This document shows positions 19,454 through 28,871 of a stretch of 64,000 nt of DNA, piece after piece. The DNA is taken from positions 8,645 to 72,644 of IMG/VR virus record IMGVR_UViG_3300032562_000014. One strand, written 5' to 3'. The DNA comes from a virus. Within the stretch, counting starts at the first letter, position 1. Every line of letters starts with the position of its first letter. The notes under the pieces are model-generated. The model searched no databases, was not told the origin of the DNA, and saw nothing but the letters and a program-made list of their open reading frames with translations. Made by a program: the position numbers and the translations under genes.

Positions 19454-21124
19454 TTACGCAATAGTGGTTTCTGCGGGTATGGTGGCATACAGGTCGCCCC
19501 GGCGCATAAACAGGTATTCTTCACCTTCTATCTTTATAGAGGTGCCGGCCAGTTTCTTGTACAGTACGGTATCTCCTTCATTGATGTCGGTGACAAGTTC
19601 TCCTTTGGAGATAATGGTTCCCTTCTGTGGCTTTTCTTCGCCCTGTATTTTGATGAACATATCATCTGCCTGTTCCGGTATTGGTTTTACAAAAACAAGG
19701 TTGCCCAGTGGTTTTACTTGGTTCATTTCGTTTATTTTAGCTGTGATAAAATCTGAGTGAGCGATAAGGTATTTCTTACCGAAAAGGTTGATGGGGTATA
19801 GTTCTTTGTAGGACGCGAGGCATATATTCGGTAACTGCTTTGGGAACTCTATCTTGCAGCGCATCAGGTGGTTGCGGTTTAGCCCGGCACTCTCGGCAAT
19901 GGCATCTGCTTTCAGGCGCTCCATCTTATTTTCAAAGTCCTGTACTTTGAGTGCAAATTCAGGGTCGCTTTTGTCTATGCGCTCCACATCGGCGCGGTAG
20001 CCTTCGTACTTAGCCTGAAACTTCTGCACCCGGTCCTTCTTTTTGTGATCAAGTGTTATGGTGAATGAGCTCAGGTCGCGGCATTTGGATAAGTCGCTGT
20101 CAAGGCCGGGAGATAGCAATTCATCATTCTGTCGGTTGCTATGCTCAAAGATGTCAAATTCAAAATTGAGGAACACGCTTTTATTGAACGGGATTATTTT
20201 CATATCCGGTATCTTCCCGTACAATTTACGGTTCTCTATTTTGCCGAATATCTCGCGGGCATTAGGGTCAAGGCAGTTGATGATGCGGTGTTCTTCTATG
20301 TAGTTATCAAAGCTACCCTCAAACCTGCGGAGTATGCGGTATGGCTGTGACTCTATGGAGTGGTGAAGGATGGCCATGTCGCCCACATTCAGCAATGGAT
20401 ACATCTTCTGCGCCTCACTACCAATATCCACCACCTCGCCATACTGCAGGTTGCGCAACATGTGAATATATAAAGGTGACTGCACAAAACCGCTGTCTGT
20501 AGTTTCGCGCTTGATCTTCTGTGCGGCCAGGTCTATAGATACAATGATACGATGTGGTGATACTAAGCCATTGACTGTAAATACGTCCTTCTCGTAGAGT
20601 ATGTGGTACGTCTTATCTCCTTCGCGAAATGAAGGGTATATGGCCACCTTTACTTCTTTGCGAAATTCAATGATGGCGCCCGATTTGAAATAAGACCCTG
20701 CCGGGGCCTTGTATATGATTGCTTTGCGCGGAGTGCCTTCGGTATCATCAGCGATTACCAACCCATCTTTGGTTACATGGCTCTGGGTGACAATTTCTAC
20801 AAACAGGCGGTTGTATGGTTCTCCATTGACGCGCCATACTTCATCTTCAAACACTACCGGATGCTCCACGCCGTATATCTCTATAGACCTGTATGATCCT
20901 GTATCTTGCTGGGTGCGCTTGTATAAGATGTTGTCCCCTTTTTTAAAAGAAGACCCTTCACAAGTGTATAAAACCACACCACGCGCGCATAGGTTGTTGA
21001 TGTCGTCCGGCGCTATAAGCCCATCACCCAGGTCTTCGGCGGATGTGTTTGGCTCAACGATCAGTGTCTTGTAAATAGTCCCTGTGCTATGCACATAGGG
21101 GAGTGGCTGGTAGGTGGCGCTCAT
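19454..21124 (-). CDS. groES: Tandem multi-domain GroES-like co-chaperonin
   Basis: The C-terminal 90 aa are a canonical Cpn10 (VKPLGNLVFVKP...KPQKGTIISKG...GDTVLYKKLAGTSIKIEGEEYLFMRRGDL). Three to four degenerate Cpn10-like units precede it. It lies directly upstream of groEL. Confidence 0.8.
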   Translation of the reverse strand: MSATYQPLPYVHSTGTIYKTLIVEPNTSAEDLGDGLIAPDDINNLCARGVVLYTCEGSSFKKGDNILYKRTQQDTGSYRSIEIYGVEHPVVFEDEVWRVNGEPYNRLFVEIVTQSHVTKDGLVIADDTEGTPRKAIIYKAPAGSYFKSGAIIEFRKEVKVAIYPSFREGDKTYHILYEKDVFTVNGLVSPHRIIVSIDLAAQKIKRETTDSGFVQSPLYIHMLRNLQYGEVVDIGSEAQKMYPLLNVGDMAILHHSIESQPYRILRRFEGSFDNYIEEHRIINCLDPNAREIFGKIENRKLYGKIPDMKIIPFNKSVFLNFEFDIFEHSNRQNDELLSPGLDSDLSKCRDLSSFTITLDHKKKDRVQKFQAKYEGYRADVERIDKSDPEFALKVQDFENKMERLKADAIAESAGLNRNHLMRCKIEFPKQLPNICLASYKELYPINLFGKKYLIAHSDFITAKINEMNQVKPLGNLVFVKPIPEQADDMFIKIQGEEKPQKGTIISKGELVTDINEGDTVLYKKLAGTSIKIEGEEYLFMRRGDLYATIPAETTIA

Positions 21125-21142
21125 TAAAATATGGTTGTGCGA

Positions 21143-21177
21143 AAAAAGAAAATTACCTGTGTACAGGTATAAAAGTA
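21143..21177. promoter_or_regulatory. 35-bp duplicated operator/promoter, copy 1, with palindrome TACCTGT-gt-ACAGGTA
   Basis: Identical to 25967-26001; lies in the divergent region upstream of groES. Confidence 0.75.
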
Positions 21178-21248
21178 CGTCTTCTTATGACATTAGCAAA
21201 CTTATCAGGTTATTTTTGAACTTGAATAGGAAAAATAATCTACTTTAT

Positions 21249-21734
21249 ATGGATATTGTAACCGTTGTTGCCCTTTATGATGAGAACTTGAACTACCATC
21301 CGGGAGGGCAAACCTACGCCATACCTGTAGATTCACTGATACAGGGGACAAAGACACTTCCTACAGCCCAGTATATAGCAGGTACAGTAGGCATACAGGC
21401 CACGGCAGATATGTTGAAAGTAAAGACAGCCAATTATGGTGTTATCTATCTGAACATGACGCTGGCCCAATACAATGCTGCAATACAGGCCGCATCACTC
21501 ACTCCGCCAATAGAGCAAGTGCTTACGCTGACAGTGCCGACAAATACCCCGGCGGGAACCACAGTTACCAATTCGGCCCTGTTTAACGCTGTGCTGATCA
21601 ATGTAAGTAAGAATGGCGCGAACCTTGACCTGCGTACCATATCCATGGTAAATTCAGGCACAAATGGAGTAGTGACATTGCCATCTGCGCTTGTAAATAC
21701 TGACGTTATTGCATTCACCTTTTATACTAAATAA
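21249..21734 (+). CDS. Putative virion/capsid accessory protein
   Basis: Start at the ATG at 21249 (MDIVTVVAL). Beta-rich, Thr/Val/Asn-rich composition. Confidence 0.55.
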   Translation: MDIVTVVALYDENLNYHPGGQTYAIPVDSLIQGTKTLPTAQYIAGTVGIQATADMLKVKTANYGVIYLNMTLAQYNAAIQAASLTPPIEQVLTLTVPTNTPAGTTVTNSALFNAVLINVSKNGANLDLRTISMVNSGTNGVVTLPSALVNTDVIAFTFYTK

Positions 21735-21737
21735 AAA

Positions 21738-22067
21738 ATGAATACAGGACTTCGCGACTTTGTAAAATCATGGGGACCAACTATAACCTTAGTTATATTC
21801 TGTTTTGGCTTCTTTTTTGAGCTATCCGCAAAACTGGCTGAATGGGGTAATAGCTATATTGTTGAACTGCATACCACTAAAAATATGGCAGATCAAACTG
21901 CTAAAGATTTAGCTAATTATAAAGAAGATGCCAGGGTGAGGCGTGACAAACGTGACGAGTGGGACAAGGCGCAAGACAAAGAAATAGGCAAACTGCAATA
22001 CGATGTTACCAGGCTAATGACGATCAATAGGATCACGTATACACCACCAATAAAAAAAGAAGAATGA
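21738..22067 (+). CDS. Membrane-anchored coiled-coil protein (lysis-cassette-like)
   Basis: One N-terminal TM helix followed by a charged helix. Confidence 0.5.
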   Translation: MNTGLRDFVKSWGPTITLVIFCFGFFFELSAKLAEWGNSYIVELHTTKNMADQTAKDLANYKEDARVRRDKRDEWDKAQDKEIGKLQYDVTRLMTINRITYTPPIKKEE

Positions 22068-22282
22068 AAAACTGGCGGACATTTTTAGTAGGGTTGGCAG
22101 GTGCGATATTTTTCAGCATATTGCCCATATTGCAGAGAGGGACCTTCAATATACATAAGGACTGGCCAAATCTTGTTGGAGCTGCCGGGAGTGCGTTATT
22201 TGGTTTTGTGAGCAAGGACGCAGCCGTTACCGGGCTCCCTAACGATAAAAATGCGACAGATCAATCAAAAACAGGACAATAG
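22064..22282 (+). CDS. Putative holin
   Basis: 72 aa with two TM segments and the pattern MKNWRTFLVG...GFVSKDAAVTG. Confidence 0.6.
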   Translation: MKNWRTFLVGLAGAIFFSILPILQRGTFNIHKDWPNLVGAAGSALFGFVSKDAAVTGLPNDKNATDQSKTGQ

Positions 22283-22324
22283 TTGCGATTTGCAATTATT
22301 TTTATACTTTTAAAAGAAATTATT

Positions 22325-22972
22325 ATGAAAAATAACCGCATTTTTTGCCTCGTATATAAAGATGATGCAGCCCTTTACCTTCCTGCCGGCGCGAACAAGC
22401 AGATCAGTTGCTCGCACCTCAACCTCGACATATGGGGTGTAAACATGCAAGGAGAAGAAGTCCCTGTGCCGTTCACCACTATACCACCACTATCAGCTTC
22501 GCCCGGCAATTCGGAGCAAAGTGCAAATGCGCTGGTTTGGGTAGGTGGCGTATGGGTGAACTCAAAATACTTCGGCGATCCTAATTTCAAAGTGTGCGTG
22601 AAAGTAAAAGACTACACCACAAGGAATACGCTGTACGTAGACGCGGCCAGCTACAACGCCAACATTGCATTATGTAACTTTGTGCCGGAGCCACAGTCCT
22701 GTACGGTAGTGACCAACCTGGTAAACACTGCGAAGACAGCCACTACTGCTAACTTCTCATTTGTACTTCCGGCTGGCGCTGTAGGGGTTGAATACATCAA
22801 CAACACTACATTTACTGCACCTACAGGCGATGGTACTTACCAGGATGGCGGTACAACGACAATAGCGATCACCGGGCTTACTACGGCCACAACATATTAC
22901 CTCCATGTGAGGACAATATGCGGCCTGGGCAGTTCAAGCGCATGGACAGTAGTTACCTACACCACATCATAG
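22325..22972 (+). CDS. Putative virion protein with a C-terminal FN3 domain
   Basis: CTVVTNL...ITGLTTATTYYLHVRTIC...SAW..VTYTT; start at the ATG at 22325. Confidence 0.65.
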   Translation: MKNNRIFCLVYKDDAALYLPAGANKQISCSHLNLDIWGVNMQGEEVPVPFTTIPPLSASPGNSEQSANALVWVGGVWVNSKYFGDPNFKVCVKVKDYTTRNTLYVDAASYNANIALCNFVPEPQSCTVVTNLVNTAKTATTANFSFVLPAGAVGVEYINNTTFTAPTGDGTYQDGGTTTIAITGLTTATTYYLHVRTICGLGSSSAWTVVTYTTS

Positions 22973-22995
22973 TAGGCGCACACATTAATAATCGG

Positions 22996-23027
22996 AAGGG
23001 CGGTAGTACACAACTGCCGCCCTTTTT
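22996..23027 (+). terminator. Intrinsic terminator
   Basis: AAGGGCGGTAGT-acaca-ACTGCCGCCCTT followed by a T-run. Confidence 0.75.
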
Positions 23028-23042
23028 AAATAACACACATAC

Positions 23043-25682
23043 ATGTTACAGATCAGAGAATGGTTCGATGTAGAACGGAAAGACAAAGATGGCGAATGGG
23101 CTAATAAGATCATTCGGTTCATCCGTATGCAGATGCAGCCATTGGTGGATATAAAAAGCGCAACACGAGGCATGGCGTACATGCTGGGCAAGCAGGATAT
23201 GTCCCCTATCAGAAATCTGTTTCAAAACTCAGCAGAATTAAACCTCAATAACAGGCCGTTATACAACCAATACAACAACCGGCTGCTACGTGCGGAAAAT
23301 GACAGCGATGTAAGCCTCTTACACGAGATGGCCAATGTTGACTTTATGTCACTACCCATCATGGAGAAGTTGAAAAACGTCTTCATTGCAGAGATGAAAA
23401 AAATGGGTGTTATCGCGGTGGTGAAATCTACAGACCCTACCAGCGGCGTAGCCAAAAAGAACGATGAAGCATTTATAGTGAATAAGGACCGCATGGAGAA
23501 ATTCATCAGCGGCATGTTCACCCAGATGGGACAGCCTCCATTCAAGATGCAGCAGGCTAAAGACCGCATTGGTAAAAAGATGGACAGTGGCAACACGCAG
23601 GACTTTGATAAGATGTCGCTGGACCGTAATGACCCTGCGGATGTAGCCACCTTTATGAAGTATTTTCACAAGCTCGACTGGGAGATAGAAATGCAGAAGC
23701 TGGTGGATGCAATATTAAAGTTCAATCAGTTAGAGTCTTTCATATCCAACATGACGGTAGACATCATTGCCAAAAAAGCAGTGGCCTACCAAAGCTATGT
23801 GAGCAAGGTCAATGGGGCGGTAATGGCACAGTACCTCACGCCGGAAACAGTATACATATTCGGAGGCGGCAGAAGGGAGGACTACAATGATGCCAGCGCC
23901 AAGGCATACCAGCAGAGCGTGACGATAAAAGAATTGCTGGACAGGTTCGGCGATTCATTCGACATAGAGAAGTACATGGATAAGCTGATCATAGCGGTGT
24001 TTACAGCCTCATCAGGCGCTATAGACATCACGGCGATACATCCAAGTGGCAGGTACTATTGCCAGGGTCGCGACACAGGTACAAACGGGCAGAACATCAA
24101 CTACACCTACAACCAGTTCCTCAACTTCAAAGTGACCATAGGTTACATGGAGTGGATCAGCCAGAACATGACCGAGTATGGTGAGGAGATAAACAGGGTA
24201 AACCTGAAAGACCTGAACAACTCCGCCAAGGTAAAGCAATTTGAGGGCACATTCTACGAAGACAACCAGCCGCCGAACGGCAAAAGGTACCAGACCAAGG
24301 CGCGCTATGAAACAGGCACTTATTGTTCTTACTACCTTGTATTGACAATGGTAGACCATCTTATGTTCGACTTTGGAGAAGTGACCTACAAAGACATAGA
24401 AGGCTACCAGGACTTCAATACCAACTTCACCATCATCACTCAAAAAGTGATTGGCGAGCCAATAGCTATTACCTGCGCTCCGTTCATAGACCTCATCAAT
24501 GAATTGTGGTACAAGTTCAAGTATGAAGTGCGCCGGTCAAAGCCTCGCGGGACCGACTACAACTACGATAGTTTGCTGGCTATGGCCATGGATATATTCC
24601 CGGACAACACGCTGAATAAATCCGAGAAGATAGCTAAGATGGTAGCATGGCTTGATGGCAGCGCTAACAGCATGTACACCTTCCCTGTGATCGAAGGAAA
24701 GGTAGTGCCGATGACCAGCAACCAAGTTAACATTGACAGGCCCAATGGTTTGTCACCTAACTCAAAAATATATTGGGAGAGTCTTATAGAGATATGGGCA
24801 AAGATGCTGGACACGGTGGGTATTGCGCCGCTACGTGAAGGCGATCCCGGCAATCCACGCGACTCCATGAACAACCAGTTCAAGGCGCTGGAGTATAGCC
24901 TTGCATCTACGTACTACATACCCGATATGATCACCGCTGTATGCGAAGACATAGCCACACGGTCCTTGTTCTTTGTGCAGGACATCATACAGTTCAAAGA
25001 CATAGACACGCTGGCATACAGGTTCCTTGTCAATCTTGTAGGAGAAGAAACACTACAGGCCATAGAAGGCATGGGTAAAGTAGGTATGCACCGGTACAGC
25101 GTTTATGTAGAGGCGATGAACCAATCATCATTACTACAGAAAATAGACACCAGCATACAGCTTGCTGTGCAGAACGGTAAAGTAAGTGTGGCCCAGCAGC
25201 TCATGCTCGAAGACATCAAAAGCCCACGGCAGAAAGGCATTGTACTGGCCTACTTTGAGGAGAAGGCAAACAAGGATGCGCAACAGGCTGCACAGCAGCA
25301 GCAGCAGGCGCAGCAGCAGCACGAAATGCAGATGAAGCAGATGGACATGCAGATAGAGAAAATGAAGGGCGACCAGATGCTGCAGGGCAAGACCATAGAT
25401 GCTAACGCAACCATGCAAGCACACCTCATTAACCAGAAGGGTGGCATAGATAAGACGAAGATGAAATTGAGTGGTGACGTTGACCAGATATATCATCAAG
25501 CTAATGCTGATCTATTAACAGAGCAGCAGAGTCTGAATAACACCGGTAAGACTACGCCACCACCACCCGCGCCACCTGTACAACCACAGCAGCAAGCGCC
25601 ACTACCCGTACAGCGCGCACCAAGCGCATTACAGTTGGAGCATAATGCGGCAGAACCAATGCCTACTACGGCTAATGTTTAA
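23043..25682 (+). CDS. Portal protein (crAss-like)
   Basis: 879 aa. N-terminal KDKDGEWANK motif, DTVGIAPLREG, Gln-rich coiled-coil barrel at the C-terminus, and position upstream of scaffold and capsid genes. Confidence 0.8.
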   Translation: MLQIREWFDVERKDKDGEWANKIIRFIRMQMQPLVDIKSATRGMAYMLGKQDMSPIRNLFQNSAELNLNNRPLYNQYNNRLLRAENDSDVSLLHEMANVDFMSLPIMEKLKNVFIAEMKKMGVIAVVKSTDPTSGVAKKNDEAFIVNKDRMEKFISGMFTQMGQPPFKMQQAKDRIGKKMDSGNTQDFDKMSLDRNDPADVATFMKYFHKLDWEIEMQKLVDAILKFNQLESFISNMTVDIIAKKAVAYQSYVSKVNGAVMAQYLTPETVYIFGGGRREDYNDASAKAYQQSVTIKELLDRFGDSFDIEKYMDKLIIAVFTASSGAIDITAIHPSGRYYCQGRDTGTNGQNINYTYNQFLNFKVTIGYMEWISQNMTEYGEEINRVNLKDLNNSAKVKQFEGTFYEDNQPPNGKRYQTKARYETGTYCSYYLVLTMVDHLMFDFGEVTYKDIEGYQDFNTNFTIITQKVIGEPIAITCAPFIDLINELWYKFKYEVRRSKPRGTDYNYDSLLAMAMDIFPDNTLNKSEKIAKMVAWLDGSANSMYTFPVIEGKVVPMTSNQVNIDRPNGLSPNSKIYWESLIEIWAKMLDTVGIAPLREGDPGNPRDSMNNQFKALEYSLASTYYIPDMITAVCEDIATRSLFFVQDIIQFKDIDTLAYRFLVNLVGEETLQAIEGMGKVGMHRYSVYVEAMNQSSLLQKIDTSIQLAVQNGKVSVAQQLMLEDIKSPRQKGIVLAYFEEKANKDAQQAAQQQQQAQQQHEMQMKQMDMQIEKMKGDQMLQGKTIDANATMQAHLINQKGGIDKTKMKLSGDVDQIYHQANADLLTEQQSLNNTGKTTPPPPAPPVQPQQQAPLPVQRAPSALQLEHNAAEPMPTTANV

Positions 25683-25965
25683 GTATTGGATCTATAATGG
25701 TTCGTGAAATAAAAGTAGAAACCTTGATGCCGGCGCGTGAAGACTCGCATAGTATCAGGCTTTCTACTTCTTTTGGTAGGTGGATGTTGAACTCCTTAAT
25801 GATCAAAGGCTCCTTATCCATTTTCTTACCAGCGCAGGGTATCTCTGTAGGCTTGCCAAACTTCTTCATTATTTCGGCATAGACAAAGTGAGGCAATTTC
25901 TTGTTGCCCATGACATTCTTTAATTGCTCGTATTCTTTGTGTGTTCTGAAAATTCGTATTCTCAC
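25672..25965 (-). CDS. Small ribbon-helix-helix-like regulator
   Basis: C-terminal KEFNIHLPKEVESLILCESSRAGIKVSTFISRTI fits an RHH fold. Start is GTG 25965 or ATG 25911. Confidence 0.45.
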   Translation of the reverse strand: MRIRIFRTHKEYEQLKNVMGNKKLPHFVYAEIMKKFGKPTEIPCAGKKMDKEPLIIKEFNIHLPKEVESLILCESSRAGIKVSTFISRTIIDPILKH

Positions 25966-25966
25966 G

Positions 25967-26001
25967 AAAAAGAAAATTACCTGTGTACAGGTATAAAAGT
26001 A
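25967..26001. promoter_or_regulatory. 35-bp duplicated operator/promoter, copy 2
   Basis: Identical to 21143-21177; lies between the RHH-like gene and the scaffold gene. Confidence 0.75.
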
Positions 26002-26034
26002 GTACACGTTATTCTTATTTCCAAATCCCCTATA

Positions 26035-26042
26035 TACTTTTG
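26035..26042 (+). promoter_or_regulatory. -7 promoter element for the head operon
   Basis: TACTTTTG upstream of the ATG at 26081. Confidence 0.6.
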
Positions 26043-26080
26043 ATACAGAATATCCTCACACAACAAAACAAAACTATTTT

Positions 26081-27193
26081 ATGGCAGAAAATGTAATCAC
26101 GCCGGAGCAGTCAAAATTGAATACCGAGAAGGCATTCGGGTTAAACACCGCGCCTAAACTCACAATGCCTGCACCAGCCGACACTACACCACCTGCACCA
26201 GCCGCCGCACCAACCGCTACACCACCTGCCCCGGCAGATGTTACGCCACCGGCAGAAGCGCCCAAAAATAGCTATGAGGATATATCTGACGAAGAACTTG
26301 AAAAGTTACTCGCAAAGAGGACCGGTGGTAAAGTAAAATCACTGGCCGACCTGCAGGAACCGGCACCGAAGCCTACTGCTGCCGAACTGGAAGAACTGGA
26401 GAAGAAAGAAAAGCAGGAAGCTATAGAATGGGCCCTCGGCAACGAGAGGATTTCCCGCGAAGAGTATGAAACAGCGATTGCCGAGAAGGCTAAATCAAAC
26501 AGGGACATCGCCCTTTCATTGTTGACACAGGAATTGAGAGAAAGCGACCCGAAGATCACAGCGGAAGAAGTAGAGGAGATATTCAGGGACATTTACCATG
26601 AAGACAAAGACGAAGACTCTTCTATCCGCAAGACCAGCCAGAAGCAAATAGACAAGATCGCCGCAGACTACCGCAAGGAAAAGTTCGGCAAGGTGGACAG
26701 CATAGATGGTGACTTTAAATCCTATAAGGAAGATACGAACCGTCACAAGTCCTACACAAAACAAGCAAAAGCAGCCCTTGAAGCATTGCCAAAGGACTAT
26801 ACCATAAAAGTACCCATCACCAGCGAAGATGGCAAAACGGCAGAACTGGAATTGTCGTACAAATACGATGAAGCCGACCTGAAAGCCGCAGAGAAGTTCG
26901 CTGTAGATTACCAAGCATACAGGGCCATAGGCGCAGACAAAGCAGATGTGAAAGATAAGGCAATAGCCAACCTGTATACGGATCACCTGACACGCATAAC
27001 TGCTGAAAAAAGGACAGCATACCTTCTGCAGGAAAGTGTAAAGCAAGCGATACACCAGACGAAGGCAGCGTTCAAAAACATACCGGCTACCCAGACGCAG
27101 TTTGGCGCTCCGGCAGCAACAGGGGCCACGAAAGCGCCACCAAGCCATGCAGCAGCAATGGCGGCATTCGACAGGGCCGCAAGAGGAAATTAA
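26081..27193 (+). CDS. Putative capsid scaffolding protein
   Basis: Pro/Ala-rich N-terminus and highly charged helical body; lies between portal and major capsid protein. Confidence 0.65.
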   Translation: MAENVITPEQSKLNTEKAFGLNTAPKLTMPAPADTTPPAPAAAPTATPPAPADVTPPAEAPKNSYEDISDEELEKLLAKRTGGKVKSLADLQEPAPKPTAAELEELEKKEKQEAIEWALGNERISREEYETAIAEKAKSNRDIALSLLTQELRESDPKITAEEVEEIFRDIYHEDKDEDSSIRKTSQKQIDKIAADYRKEKFGKVDSIDGDFKSYKEDTNRHKSYTKQAKAALEALPKDYTIKVPITSEDGKTAELELSYKYDEADLKAAEKFAVDYQAYRAIGADKADVKDKAIANLYTDHLTRITAEKRTAYLLQESVKQAIHQTKAAFKNIPATQTQFGAPAATGATKAPPSHAAAMAAFDRAARGN

Positions 27194-27239
27194 GATAAAT
27201 ACACTTTAAGTAAAATATAACCACCTAAAAAGAAAAAAA

Positions 27240-28811
27240 ATGGCAATAGCGTACAACAGGACCCCGCAGTATCCTCAGCGTATTCAGACATCTGTGCAGA
27301 GCGCCACATCGCAGCTTCCTGCCTTCATTCAAATGTATCGCCCGCTGCGCGACTTTATTGACAACGGCGGCCTGGCATCCCTCGGCTATGCCGAAGAGGA
27401 TATAGCGCGCTGGAACTCAGACTTCCGACCAGGTGTGATCAATATCGGTGGCCGTCCTATAGAGATAGACTTCTTCAAAGACCTGATGGGTGGCGAAGAG
27501 AAAGAAGTAGACGCTTCTGACTACTACATAGAGTATAACTCTTATGTAGACCTGAACATATACGCTGAAAATGCCGTGACCGGTACTTACCAGACCGTAA
27601 CAGGTTGCTCTTTCGGCAGCACTGTGAATGGTTCATATACCGGTAATGCCGCGACCTTCAATATCGCAGCATCACAGTATGCCAACAACGGCCTCAACTC
27701 AAACATCAACGTAGGTGACGAGATACTCATCTACCAGGATAACAAATGGGTGCAGGTGATCAAGAAGGACACAACCGTTCCTTATGCCCACGCTATCACC
27801 GTGGCCCCTAAAGACCCGGCCTACATCATCAACATCCCTGCAAAACTGAAGATGTTCCCTGTACACGCCCAGCACACATCCGGCTACAGCGACAGGACAA
27901 CGATCAGCCTGCATACAGAATGGGAAACTCCCGGCTATGTAAAGCGCATACAGCCCGCTTCGTATCGTATAGACTACGAAACGCCGCGTAACCTGGACCG
28001 CGCATGGCAGGATCTCGTGACCTTCCCTATCATATTCGATATGGCGACAGGCGCGCTGATAGACAGCTTTGACCTGAAAGCATCACAGGCAGCCCGCGAA
28101 GCAATGGTGATAGGTGTGAACCTCGCCTTCTTCACAGGTGAAAAACTGAAAAACACCGGCCTTACCGGAGCTAACTTCACCCAGCAGTACAACGGGTTTG
28201 ATGGCTTCCTGACTACCTTATTCTATGGTGGTGGCAACATATGGGAGTATGACAACAGCTATGGCTTCGACCTGGATGCTGACTACAACCAGATCACCCT
28301 GCAGAACGATGCGCTGAAACTGGCCACCGAATACCTGATGCTCGTTTCCAAAGCATTCAAACGCCAGATGGAAAACAGGGCGCAGGATATGTTCAAGGGC
28401 AACTCCGGCCAGTGTACTTTTGAAACCTTCACAAGGGGAGAAGCAGACCGCGATACCAATACCTTTGTAACACGCCAGGGCATCAAGTCCTACGCATGGG
28501 GCGGTGATACCCTCCATATAAAAGAAGTAGGCGCATGGTCTGATACCCGCAGCGTAGGTAACGGCTACTACAAAAACATGGGCATCCTACTCCCCGGCAC
28601 AGGTATGACAGACAGCAACGGTAACTCCGTAGCGCCTGTAGAATACTACCGTCCGAAGGGCCGCACCATATCTTCCATGTGGACAGAAACATTCCGCGAT
28701 GAAATGCAGCTCTCCGGCGCTGACAAGTTCACCGGCACTATCGAAAACACCATCATGGCCGCAGTGAACTGCGTAGAAAACATGTATGCAATCATGCCTA
28801 AATACTTCTAA
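27240..28811 (+). CDS. Major capsid protein
   Basis: 523 aa with strong codon bias. GFDGFLTTLFYGGG resembles the G..G.L motif of crAss-like capsid proteins. It follows the scaffold gene and is followed by a hairpin. Confidence 0.75.
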   Translation: MAIAYNRTPQYPQRIQTSVQSATSQLPAFIQMYRPLRDFIDNGGLASLGYAEEDIARWNSDFRPGVINIGGRPIEIDFFKDLMGGEEKEVDASDYYIEYNSYVDLNIYAENAVTGTYQTVTGCSFGSTVNGSYTGNAATFNIAASQYANNGLNSNINVGDEILIYQDNKWVQVIKKDTTVPYAHAITVAPKDPAYIINIPAKLKMFPVHAQHTSGYSDRTTISLHTEWETPGYVKRIQPASYRIDYETPRNLDRAWQDLVTFPIIFDMATGALIDSFDLKASQAAREAMVIGVNLAFFTGEKLKNTGLTGANFTQQYNGFDGFLTTLFYGGGNIWEYDNSYGFDLDADYNQITLQNDALKLATEYLMLVSKAFKRQMENRAQDMFKGNSGQCTFETFTRGEADRDTNTFVTRQGIKSYAWGGDTLHIKEVGAWSDTRSVGNGYYKNMGILLPGTGMTDSNGNSVAPVEYYRPKGRTISSMWTETFRDEMQLSGADKFTGTIENTIMAAVNCVENMYAIMPKYF

Positions 28812-28830
28812 TCGAAGTATTTAGGTTTTG
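28797..28830 (+). terminator. Hairpin/terminator after the capsid gene
   Basis: CCTAAATACTTC-taatc-GAAGTATTTAGG followed by TTTTG. Confidence 0.65.
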
Positions 28831-28871
28831 CTTTTATCTAATAAAATATCTCACACAACAAATCAAACAAT

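Noticed and set aside
21154-21169. CIRCE/HrcA heat-shock operator upstream of groES
   Set aside because: The palindrome does not match TTAGCACTC-N9-GAGTGCTAA.
25270-25345. CAG-rich tract resembling a microsatellite
   Set aside because: It encodes the Gln-rich coiled-coil barrel usual at portal C-termini.
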